From a virus: 64,000 nucleotides of DNA. A program made the position numbers and the translations under genes. Numbering within the stretch: position 1 is the stretch's first letter; every line of letters begins with the position of its first letter. Shown in pieces: positions 1 to 8,465 of this stretch. The notes under the pieces were generated by a model. The model did no database searches, was not told where the DNA came from, and saw only the letters and a program-made list of their open reading frames with translations. The stretch is from positions 1 to 64,000 of IMG/VR virus record IMGVR_UViG_3300015360_000036; one strand, given 5' to 3'.

Positions 1-60
1 ATAAAGATAAATATAATTTATTAGTATCGTTCGCTAGACATATAGCTGAATTGGATAGTG

Positions 61-525
61 ATGAAGGGTAAGAAAGTAGATAGTGAATTTTTATCCTATT
101 TCATTACAAAATGTATAGCAATGAATAAGTTTTCATCTGAAGATATCGTATCTCAAGCAAAAGCAGAGATGGCAGATATAGATAAAAAGATAATGGAAGT
201 TGCTAGATTGAAATTGGTTAGAGGTAAACTACAAGATGTAGTTCATTCATTTGAGAAACCAGTTAAATTTATAAATGAAGATGAAGTGAAGACCCTTGAG
301 TTTTTTAAGATTCAAAATCAAAACATATGTAAGTATATCTGTGAAACTATAAAAAAAAGATCTAACGGTGTTGGAGAAATTTCTAATACTGCTTTCGATA
401 AGGAAGATTTGTTTTTTGCTATCAAACAACTAATAGAGGGCAAAGTTCTTCGTAAGAGTGGACTTTATTTGTATAAGGCTGAAAATTTTGATGAATACTG
501 TAAGTTTGCACTAATTGGAGAATAA
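61..525 (+). CDS. hypothetical protein, possible C-terminal winged helix
   Basis: ORF abutting the next gene; C-terminal pattern (LFFAIKQLIEGKVLRKSG) resembles a wHTH. Confidence 0.5.
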   Translation: MKGKKVDSEFLSYFITKCIAMNKFSSEDIVSQAKAEMADIDKKIMEVARLKLVRGKLQDVVHSFEKPVKFINEDEVKTLEFFKIQNQNICKYICETIKKRSNGVGEISNTAFDKEDLFFAIKQLIEGKVLRKSGLYLYKAENFDEYCKFALIGE

Positions 526-885
526 ATGTTGATAGTTTCAGATAGGAAAAATAAATTCCATATAATTCAGATTTCGTTCACTAAACATCTTACTTATTGT
601 GGAACTAATCTTTTGAAGGATAAAAAGGTCAATACACTAAAATCTTCATATCCAAGAACTGTATGCACACAATGTGCTGAGATTTGGGATGATTATGTAG
701 GTATTAAAAATATAGCAACAATAAAGATTTATCGTGCTTTACAATACAGATTAGTATCAAGATTTTTCTTTATGAAGAGCCCTGATGATATTTATTCCAA
801 ACAAACTAGTTGTAAACGTATTGCATATAGTAAATCTTACTTCATGAAATTCATAAAAAATCTAAATGATAGAAACAAAAACTAG
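526..885 (+). CDS. hypothetical protein with possible Zn site
   Basis: ORF in operon; H...YCG...CTQC pattern. Confidence 0.5.
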   Translation: MLIVSDRKNKFHIIQISFTKHLTYCGTNLLKDKKVNTLKSSYPRTVCTQCAEIWDDYVGIKNIATIKIYRALQYRLVSRFFFMKSPDDIYSKQTSCKRIAYSKSYFMKFIKNLNDRNKN

Positions 886-1201
886 TATTTCTAAAAGAGC
901 ATTATGGCACTATGTGAATAAAAAGATTAATAGATCTATTCATCATTCACATGTACTTAGTATTATAAGCATATTATTCGAAGAAATAACTGCCGATTTG
1001 GTGTCTGGAAAAGAAATACATATTTTCAATTTCGGTAAATTCAATTTGAAGCAGATGAAGCCGAGAATATATTTTGATGTAAATCAACAAAAACTAATGT
1101 TATCGAAAGGCAGTAAAGTTTTAAGATTTTTACTGTCGCCGCCAATTAGAAAAAAGCTAGTCAATTATATAGATATTGACAAAACGTTCGGGGGTGAGTA
1201 A
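866..1201 (+). CDS. HU/IHF-family DNA-binding protein
   Basis: GKEIHIFNFGKFNL...PRIYFD...KVLRF matches the HU/IHF arm signature. Confidence 0.8.
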   Translation: MIETKTSISKRALWHYVNKKINRSIHHSHVLSIISILFEEITADLVSGKEIHIFNFGKFNLKQMKPRIYFDVNQQKLMLSKGSKVLRFLLSPPIRKKLVNYIDIDKTFGGE

Positions 1202-1581
1202 TGTACAAAAAAGGAGCACGACAGACTGTGTTTGTTTGCTCAGGTATAGCGAATGGTAAAGAGTTGGCATCTGATGAGTTTGCTGCTTCTTCAACTGAGG
1301 AGGCAGCATCTTTGTTTTTAGATAAGTACAAAGTTAAACCAAAATCTATATTTGGACCGTTTTTTAAGAAACGAACTCAAATTCTTGAGACAACAACAGT
1401 GTTGAAATTCTCTAATCAAACCAAAAAAGCCATCTATGAAGGCTGGTTTGTAACTGCATTTGTTCTATCTGAGCCAGAGAATTATGCATATTTAGTATTT
1501 AATAGGCGGGTAGACGGACAAAAGTTACCCCCACCAAAAGGCACAATAACAGTTCCTATTTCAGAATTAAGGATTATATAA
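1201..1581 (+). CDS. hypothetical protein
   Basis: ORF translationally coupled to both neighbours (TAATG overlaps). Confidence 0.6.
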   Translation: MYKKGARQTVFVCSGIANGKELASDEFAASSTEEAASLFLDKYKVKPKSIFGPFFKKRTQILETTTVLKFSNQTKKAIYEGWFVTAFVLSEPENYAYLVFNRRVDGQKLPPPKGTITVPISELRII

Positions 1582-1934
1582 TGACAAATAACATGTTTCT
1601 AGATAAAATGAAAGAGATTTTGGTCACCCAGCGTCAGGCTTTAGTAAATAAGGCTCATGAGGTGGTTGATATAGACGATGATGGTGATGAGACTGACAGT
1701 ATTCAAGCGAACATTTTGATGGAAGTTAGTAAAAGGCTCTTAACAAGGGATAACGCTAAACTCTCTCAAATTGATGATGCACTAAAACGTATGACAGATC
1801 GCTGTTATGGTTTATGTGAAGACTGTGGGGACTCAATCCCAGAGAAGAGATTAGTCATTAACCCATACTTTTTGACCTGTATCTCCTGTGCTGAAGAGCG
1901 TGAGATTGAAGAAAAACATAAGAAGAGGTCATAA
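1581..1934 (+). CDS. dksA: DksA/TraR-family C4 zinc-finger transcription factor
   Basis: coiled coil with acidic tip DETD; YGLCEDCGDSIPEKRL...TCISC. Confidence 0.9.
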   Translation: MTNNMFLDKMKEILVTQRQALVNKAHEVVDIDDDGDETDSIQANILMEVSKRLLTRDNAKLSQIDDALKRMTDRCYGLCEDCGDSIPEKRLVINPYFLTCISCAEEREIEEKHKKRS

Positions 1935-1936
1935 AA

Positions 1937-2533
1937 TTGAACACTATTGTTACTGAAACAACAGACATTGGTGAAATTCCGGTAGATATATACCAAAAAT
2001 TAGCTGGCGATAGAATATTATTTATTAATGATTATATAGATGATCGGTTAGCAACAGATATAGTTGCTACTCTTATGCTAAAAGACAGTGAGGATGAAGA
2101 TAAAAAGATTACTCTATTCATTAACTCACCAGGCGGAAGTATTAGAGACGTATTCATGATCTATGATATGATGTGCTTAGTTAGGGCTCCAATTGAAACT
2201 GTATGCTTAGGATCTGCTATGGATGAGGTAGCAATCCTACTTGCTGCTGGTACCCCAGGTATGAGATTAGCTACAAAGAATTGTGTTATTTCAGTTGGAC
2301 AGTTAGTGCATGATTCAATGAGTTACTCAGACTTAACAGATGCTAAATCAATTTTAGATTTATCTGTAACTGATAATAAAAGAATGATGGAGGTTATTGC
2401 TAAAAGCACTGGTAAATCACTGAAGCAAGTTCTTGCTGATTTTCCTCGAACCGTATTTATGAATTGTCATCAGGCAGTTAAGTATGGAATTATTGATAAA
2501 GTAGTTTCGGTCAAGAAGGATTCATCAAAATGA
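1937..2533 (+). CDS. ClpP-family protein with degenerate catalytic triad (ClpR-like)
   Basis: DIYQKL..DRILF, LFINSPGG and YGIIDKV are ClpP motifs; the Ser, His and Asp positions read Asp, Gly and Thr. Confidence 0.85.
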   Translation: MNTIVTETTDIGEIPVDIYQKLAGDRILFINDYIDDRLATDIVATLMLKDSEDEDKKITLFINSPGGSIRDVFMIYDMMCLVRAPIETVCLGSAMDEVAILLAAGTPGMRLATKNCVISVGQLVHDSMSYSDLTDAKSILDLSVTDNKRMMEVIAKSTGKSLKQVLADFPRTVFMNCHQAVKYGIIDKVVSVKKDSSK

Positions 2534-3114
2534 ATAAAAATCATGATGATCATGATGGAAAAATGCCTGCCATTAGTAAGTACATGGAGAGCTATGTAAA
2601 ATTGGCGAAAGATCGTGTCATATTTCTGTCTGAGAATTTTTCCAAAGATACTGCATCCGAAATGTCGGCATTATTATTTTACTATGACAGCCAGAATTCG
2701 GAAGATGATATTACTATCTACATCCATTCAAATGGTGGTGATGCATCAGCACTAGGTAATATCTATGATGTTATCCAAATGATTAACTCACCAGTAAAAA
2801 CAATATGTATCGGTAAAGCGTATTCTGCTGGAGCTGTATTACTAGCGGCTGGTTCAAAAGGTAAAAGATATATCTTTAAGAATGCCAGAGTAATGATTCA
2901 TGGTATTCAATGTGTTTTCCCTATTATTGGTCATGATATTGCAAATTCAAAGAACTATTATAAGTTTTTAGATGAAAACAATGATAATATCATGAAAATT
3001 TTAGCTGACCATACAGGTCATCCTTTATCTAAGCTAAAAGAAGATTGTAAACGAGATGTATGGCTTGATGCAAAACAGGCGTTAGATTACGGTATTGTAG
3101 ATCACATTATGTAA
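2530..3114 (+). CDS. clpP: ATP-dependent Clp protease proteolytic subunit
   Basis: GKAYSAGAVLLAAG (Ser), RVMIH (His), RDVWL (Asp), YGIVD. Confidence 0.93.
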   Translation: MNKNHDDHDGKMPAISKYMESYVKLAKDRVIFLSENFSKDTASEMSALLFYYDSQNSEDDITIYIHSNGGDASALGNIYDVIQMINSPVKTICIGKAYSAGAVLLAAGSKGKRYIFKNARVMIHGIQCVFPIIGHDIANSKNYYKFLDENNDNIMKILADHTGHPLSKLKEDCKRDVWLDAKQALDYGIVDHIM

Positions 3115-3122
3115 ATTACTTT

Positions 3123-3148
3123 CCCTGGTTTAAGTAATTGACCCAGGG
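3123..3148. promoter_or_regulatory. intergenic hairpin
   Basis: CCCTGG (3123-3128) and CCAGGG (3143-3148) inverted repeat after clpP; no clear U tract. Confidence 0.35.
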
Positions 3149-3182
3149 TAAGCCAAAGATAGCAATATTACTTCATTTCTAT

Positions 3183-4799
3183 ATGAATAAAGAGGCACGT
3201 AAACAATCCAGTGATCCCATTCAAGAAAAGCTTAGGGCTCAAAAGGAATACTGGAATAAAAAGAAAGTCACTCCATTTATCGATAATTTGATTCATTTTA
3301 AGAAATTGATGAATGGTTCACCTTCAAAGTTTAATGGTGCCAAGTCTCAAATCGGTGAGCCTGTACCAGTAGACCCAGCCACTATAATTGCTATTCTATC
3401 TAGTGATTTTAATGAAATTGCTGCAATGGCAGCGTCTATAACAGATGCTCAACTACAATATTCTAAAAGTAGAAGAAGGAAAAAACAAGTTCAAACAGTT
3501 GATCCTAATCAACTAAACTTACCTTTTGGTAAAAATTCTTCGTTACAATTAGAAGCATCAAATAAGGTAACTAGATTTTTTTCACATTTGAATGTTCCAT
3601 ATTTTGGATATTCTTCGGAAGCTAGAGAAAGAAAATTTAGACTTACTCTTCTTACAGCCGCATCAAATATAGAAAAAGAAGTAAAGAAGCTAGAGCATGA
3701 AATACTTAGAGATAGCCCTGCTAGCATTCTAACATCTAGATTATTAATTAATAAGATTAATGATCAAATCTATATTGCCATGAGTCAATTAACCTTTTTC
3801 TCAGAAAGCAAAGCAGAAAAAGAAGAAAAAGCTAAGTTTACTCAATCAGGTCCAGTTAAAGGTGTATATCCATTCACACCACTAGCCGTTTTTCCTGGTG
3901 TGGTCTCACCACCAAAAGGAGAGCCATTGGCTGATAATGGACCCTCAGCAAATCCAGCATCCAACCGTCCTGCAAGTGCTGGTAATATAGCCGCTGATGT
4001 TCTTGATGAAGAAGAAGAGTTTGGTGGAATAAGTGTAAATAATATGCCTATTGGCATCGCAGATAATGATGTACACTCTCAACCAGGCTCTGCTCGGTCT
4101 GTTACACCATTAACTGATCCACTAGAAATTCAAAATGATGTTGAAAAGTATCATGGAAATATACCAAATCTCTTCAATGATCCTCTTTTGAAGGAAGTAC
4201 AATTAGCTATAACTATGGTTGTTGGAACTCAAAACCCAATAACGAAAGCTCAAAAAGTAGTTGAATTAGTTAGAGATTATGCTAATCTAATTACTTATGT
4301 TAATAGTCAACTTGGTACTCATGGTGATTCTTTACGAGATATTTTATTATCACTTAACAGAGCCTCAGAAAGATATTCCGAAAGATTAGAGACTTTAGCA
4401 GATAATATGCTTTCTAAGTGGATCAATAAAACTAAACACAGATTAAGTCCAACAAATAGGACATCAGCTCTTAGATTAGAAATATTTGAAAGTGCATCAA
4501 GAGTTAAAGATTTGATTGATGATATGATGAATTCATTAGAAAAAAGTCTAAATGTTTCAGAACTAGAAGTTTTTTTCAAAACACTAGTTGAAGAAATTAC
4601 TTTAATGGATAAAGTAATGAAACCATTAGAGTTGTTCACTAAGGGCGTAAACCTGGATAATGAATTTATGAAGTCCTTGGAACAAGGTAACGGTCTACAA
4701 AATGGAATCCAATTATCTGATAAGGATAAAGAGAACTTCCAGAAGATGGTTAGAAATAAGGAACTAAGACAAATGGTCAATATGAAGGGTAAAAAATAA
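3183..4799 (+). CDS. hypothetical protein, possibly virion-associated
   Basis: long helical ORF, ATG at 3183 preferred over TTG at 3138; Pro/Ala-rich linker; MNKEAR, LQLEAS and LETLAD motifs. Confidence 0.55.
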   Translation: MNKEARKQSSDPIQEKLRAQKEYWNKKKVTPFIDNLIHFKKLMNGSPSKFNGAKSQIGEPVPVDPATIIAILSSDFNEIAAMAASITDAQLQYSKSRRRKKQVQTVDPNQLNLPFGKNSSLQLEASNKVTRFFSHLNVPYFGYSSEARERKFRLTLLTAASNIEKEVKKLEHEILRDSPASILTSRLLINKINDQIYIAMSQLTFFSESKAEKEEKAKFTQSGPVKGVYPFTPLAVFPGVVSPPKGEPLADNGPSANPASNRPASAGNIAADVLDEEEEFGGISVNNMPIGIADNDVHSQPGSARSVTPLTDPLEIQNDVEKYHGNIPNLFNDPLLKEVQLAITMVVGTQNPITKAQKVVELVRDYANLITYVNSQLGTHGDSLRDILLSLNRASERYSERLETLADNMLSKWINKTKHRLSPTNRTSALRLEIFESASRVKDLIDDMMNSLEKSLNVSELEVFFKTLVEEITLMDKVMKPLELFTKGVNLDNEFMKSLEQGNGLQNGIQLSDKDKENFQKMVRNKELRQMVNMKGKK

Positions 4800-5191
4800 T
4801 GGAAGAAGGATTCGTACATCTAGATACCAAAGTTTTTCCTACCCTTTTGGCTATTTCTGAAGAGGAACAATCTAAAGGATTAATGTATGCGGCTTGGCCA
4901 CCGCCAGTAATGTCATTTGTTTACTCTTCACCACAGGTAAATAAATTCTGGATGAAAAATACGCCAAGTCCACTAGACATTATATTCTGTTGTAATGGAC
5001 AGATCACTCAAATACATAAGGGTGATCCTTACACCACAACAAAAATAGGTGATGATAGTTTAAGTGATCTTATTATTGAGCTTCCATTCGGAACTGTATC
5101 AAAATCTGGAATTCAATTATTAAGTAGGGTCGGGCTCGTCAGCCCATCCGGCGAGCAATTGATGAAAATCATAGCCACCAAGGCGCGCTGA
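4799..5191 (+). CDS. DUF192-family protein
   Basis: QSKGLMY...MSFVY...FWMKNTPSPLDIIF...IIELPFG. Confidence 0.85.
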   Translation: MEEGFVHLDTKVFPTLLAISEEEQSKGLMYAAWPPPVMSFVYSSPQVNKFWMKNTPSPLDIIFCCNGQITQIHKGDPYTTTKIGDDSLSDLIIELPFGTVSKSGIQLLSRVGLVSPSGEQLMKIIATKAR

Positions 5192-5211
5192 TTTTATAAT
5201 AATAAGATCCC

Positions 5212-5239
5212 TTGCGCGCTCAATTTTTATGATTATGAT
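5212..5239 (+). promoter_or_regulatory. sigma70-like promoter for ftsK
   Basis: TTGCGC-16 nt-TATGAT directly before the start codons. Confidence 0.45.
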
Positions 5240-5241
5240 GA

Positions 5242-6243
5242 GTGAAGACAATGGAACCTATTAAAAATCTGAACGACATTCTCCATAACTTCAACATTAA
5301 AGCAACATGTGTCAATTATCAGAGGGTTGACAACTACTCTTTCTTTGACTTGCAGTTGAATGCAAGAACGAAGGTTAAAGAGATTGAGAAATATGCAGAT
5401 GAGATTTCTCTTGCAATGAAGACCGTTTCGAAGCCCAACGTCAAGATCATTCACGATCTTGGCGTTGTTCGTTTGGGGTTCGTTGCTCCTCGCGAAACTC
5501 CTCTTAACCTCTTCGAGTATAATACAAATACAGATGTTCCTAAGGGTGATCTTGTTTGTTTGCTTGGTCAGACGATTGACGGCAAAAAAATGTGGATGGA
5601 TATTGCTGCTAACCCGCATATGATTATTGCTGGTACCACTGGTTCTGGTAAAAGTACTTTGATGCATAATATCATCGCAAATGTACTGAAGAATAGTAAT
5701 GCAATCATCTATTTGATTGATCCCAAGAATATTGAATTCACTGAGTATGATAAAAAAGTTAAGAATCGTATCAGTGTATCATATTCGTATGATGAAGCTA
5801 ATGTTATTCTTGATGATATGATTACTACGATGGAATCCAGGTATGAACTGATGAAGGCTGGTGTTTCTGCTTCTATCTTTCCAATCAGGGTTCTTATGAT
5901 TGATGAATTTTCTGATTTGATTATGCAGGACAAGGGTAATAAGTTTTATGATAAGCTTTGTCGTCTTGCACAAAAATGTCGCGCTGCAAGGATTCATATC
6001 ATTCTTGCAACACAGCGACCTTCAGTTAATGTTATCAGTGGTACGATTAAAGCTAACTTCCCTGCACGTATTTCCTGTAGGGTTGCAAGCAATGTTGACT
6101 CCAGGGTTATTCTTGATACGAATGGTGCTGAAGATCTTTTTGGTAAGGGTGATGCTTTTCTAAAGGATAATTCTCGTTCAATGGAGCGTTTTCAGGTTGC
6201 TTACACTGATGCGCAGGAAGTTTGTAAGCATTTCGGTAAATAA
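5242..6243 (+). CDS. ftsK: FtsK/SpoIIIE DNA translocase motor (no membrane anchor or gamma domain)
   Basis: PHMIIAGTTGSGKS, LIDPK, IDEFSDL, LATQRPS, GAEDLFGKGD. Confidence 0.92.
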   Translation: MKTMEPIKNLNDILHNFNIKATCVNYQRVDNYSFFDLQLNARTKVKEIEKYADEISLAMKTVSKPNVKIIHDLGVVRLGFVAPRETPLNLFEYNTNTDVPKGDLVCLLGQTIDGKKMWMDIAANPHMIIAGTTGSGKSTLMHNIIANVLKNSNAIIYLIDPKNIEFTEYDKKVKNRISVSYSYDEANVILDDMITTMESRYELMKAGVSASIFPIRVLMIDEFSDLIMQDKGNKFYDKLCRLAQKCRAARIHIILATQRPSVNVISGTIKANFPARISCRVASNVDSRVILDTNGAEDLFGKGDAFLKDNSRSMERFQVAYTDAQEVCKHFGK

Positions 6244-7586
6244 TGTCCCACATTAACTTATTTGATATCGACAAATTAATTGAAAATTTCATTACTACAA
6301 ATGCTCAAGGTATAAAGAAAATTCATTCTATCTACTATAAGACTACAAATGATATATCTCTTAGATCATTAAAAGCCGAATTAGTTGATGAATTGAAAAC
6401 GGGCTGTGTGACCTTTATTAACAAAGGTCACGATATTAACACATTAAATCAATACCTATTTTATATAGTAAATGATTTTTGTAAGCGCAATGCTGTCATT
6501 CTTCCTAAGAAAAAGATTGATTATTTATGCCCTGGTTGCTTATCATTGGGCAGGAATGAAGTATTGAATAGTAATTTTCAATGCTATGTTTGTGAGTCGG
6601 ATCTTAAAGTAGCTACTGATCCCAAGAAAATAGCCTTTCTAAAAGCATTTCATATTCATTCAAAAAGTGGATATAGATGCCCCGATTGCAATAAGTTCAT
6701 ACCTAATCATTTTGGTAATCCTAAAATAGTTACTTGCCCATATCTAGATTGTTTTTTTGTTGGCGAAAGTTCAGATCTTAAAAAGATGCATCATCCTGCT
6801 TTGGAGTCAAATCCAGAAAAGCTAGTTTTAGATGCATCAAAAGATGGAAATAGGTCATTCAAAGATAATATAGTAGATCGTAATCCAAATGCCCTAGAAG
6901 CATTGGAACTAAAAGAGGAAATTTCTGCAAAAGTAGATATTATAAGGGAAACCATCGAATCACAAAATAATAGCTTAACATACAATAGTTCTAATTTTAC
7001 AATCAAGCATAAGCAACTTGTTTATCAAGCATTTAGTAATTTGCTAAGACAATTTCCAGTAGAGATGGTTGAGTATCTATTGGGGTCTGAGCAAGTTCAG
7101 CACAAAGGATTTCAGCATAAAATCTTTCAAAAGTATGTATTACTACTCGAAAATGATTTGCCTTTTACATATAAGAAAGCTAATAAGACTTATAAAGTTG
7201 AATCTTTACTTGATACTGGATTGAATCTATTTGATGGCATAAGCACTTTTGATTCTATTGTTACTGATAAATCTGAAATAAAGAATGAAACAAAAGAATT
7301 TTATATAGGCGGAAGAAAAGCTACTTATAGTAAGCCTTATTATATAGGTAAATTACTTAACGTTATAGATACAAATAGCAAGTCTTCAATAATCAAAAAT
7401 GTAACTAGCTACAGTTTTTCTAGGATTAAGTTGAAAGAAGTAGATCCTGGTACTTTGGTTACAGTCACTCATTTGAGAGTTCCGCCTCATTATCAAATGG
7501 GTGGAATGGTTCACGTAAATAGAATACGTAAGAAGATTGTAGACCGTGCAACATCTGTAATGAATAAGGATAATTATGAAACGTAA
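6243..7586 (+). CDS. zinc-ribbon protein with possible sigma region 2/3-like segments
   Basis: CPGC, CYVC, CPDC and CPYLDC clusters, flanked by YLFYIVNDF and LDASKDG..SFKDNIVD..PNALEALE. Confidence 0.45.
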   Translation: MSHINLFDIDKLIENFITTNAQGIKKIHSIYYKTTNDISLRSLKAELVDELKTGCVTFINKGHDINTLNQYLFYIVNDFCKRNAVILPKKKIDYLCPGCLSLGRNEVLNSNFQCYVCESDLKVATDPKKIAFLKAFHIHSKSGYRCPDCNKFIPNHFGNPKIVTCPYLDCFFVGESSDLKKMHHPALESNPEKLVLDASKDGNRSFKDNIVDRNPNALEALELKEEISAKVDIIRETIESQNNSLTYNSSNFTIKHKQLVYQAFSNLLRQFPVEMVEYLLGSEQVQHKGFQHKIFQKYVLLLENDLPFTYKKANKTYKVESLLDTGLNLFDGISTFDSIVTDKSEIKNETKEFYIGGRKATYSKPYYIGKLLNVIDTNSKSSIIKNVTSYSFSRIKLKEVDPGTLVTVTHLRVPPHYQMGGMVHVNRIRKKIVDRATSVMNKDNYET

Positions 7587-8022
7587 ACCTGAGATTATTA
7601 AGGTAAAGCTTTCGTCAACTTTCGTTGGGAAGGGCTTTTGCAAATATTGCGGTGGTAAACCTAAACATTTCTATTATGTTAGAAATAGAATATTATTTCA
7701 CGATCAAAATAGTATAAGGCAACTGTTTCCGGCATTAATGACATTTGTTAAATCGTTTGGACAAGACTGGTTTACCTGGATTGCCCCTGGAATTCAAACT
7801 AAACAATCGCATATCGCTTATACTCCGAACCAATTAAAATATAATCCAAGAACACATAGTATGTATTCATCTAAAACAGAGAATAAATCTAGTGTATCAG
7901 AATACTTATCTTGTGATTGTGAACGTACGACTTGGGCATTCACACAAAAAGCGAACGATAAAAGACCTGAACTTCTAAATAGAAAAGCTAAAGGTACTTT
8001 TAAGGATAAGTTTGTTTATTAA
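7576..8022 (+). CDS. hypothetical Zn-binding protein
   Basis: CKYC and CDC pairs; ORF in operon. Confidence 0.55.
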   Translation: MKRKPEIIKVKLSSTFVGKGFCKYCGGKPKHFYYVRNRILFHDQNSIRQLFPALMTFVKSFGQDWFTWIAPGIQTKQSHIAYTPNQLKYNPRTHSMYSSKTENKSSVSEYLSCDCERTTWAFTQKANDKRPELLNRKAKGTFKDKFVY

Positions 8023-8426
8023 AAGTGAAGAATTTTTAGGCGTTTCTTAACTTCAGCCTCTAGTATTGTGAAGTTATCTGAAAGTTCTTCGAATAATCTC
8101 CATTGTTTATCTATGATCGTGTAGCAAGAATAGTAAGAACTTTTTGCTACAGCATCATAATATTCTTTACTAGCATCTTTCAGATGATTCGGAGCCAGTG
8201 TATTTATGAAAAATATCCAATCTCCTAAATTCTGGTAGGTACTAAAATCATGTTTACTGCGGGCTTGCGCAAACAACAAAGTGACACTATCCTTAGAGAG
8301 GTCGAAGGATGCGGACTTGTATTTTCCATAAATACTGATAATGTAAGCTTTAGTGTCCTGACGGCACTGTAAATCTGATAATTTTTCCTCAAAAAAGCAA
8401 GTAATATTATTGTGGATTGTTTCCAT
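8019..8426 (-). CDS. hypothetical protein resembling an uncharacterised bacterial family
   Basis: fills the gap between + genes; LGDWIFF...YY...SY...LFEELSDNF pattern; ATG at 8426 preferred. Confidence 0.7.
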   Translation of the reverse strand: METIHNNITCFFEEKLSDLQCRQDTKAYIISIYGKYKSASFDLSKDSVTLLFAQARSKHDFSTYQNLGDWIFFINTLAPNHLKDASKEYYDAVAKSSYYSCYTIIDKQWRLFEELSDNFTILEAEVKKRLKILHF

Positions 8427-8465
8427 AGCAAAATACAAAAATATTGAAAGACTCATAGGTTATTA

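Noticed and set aside
1176-1204. sigma70 promoter TTGACA-17 nt-TAATGT
   Set aside because: The -10 overlaps the ATG of the gene it would serve, so it is probably coincidental
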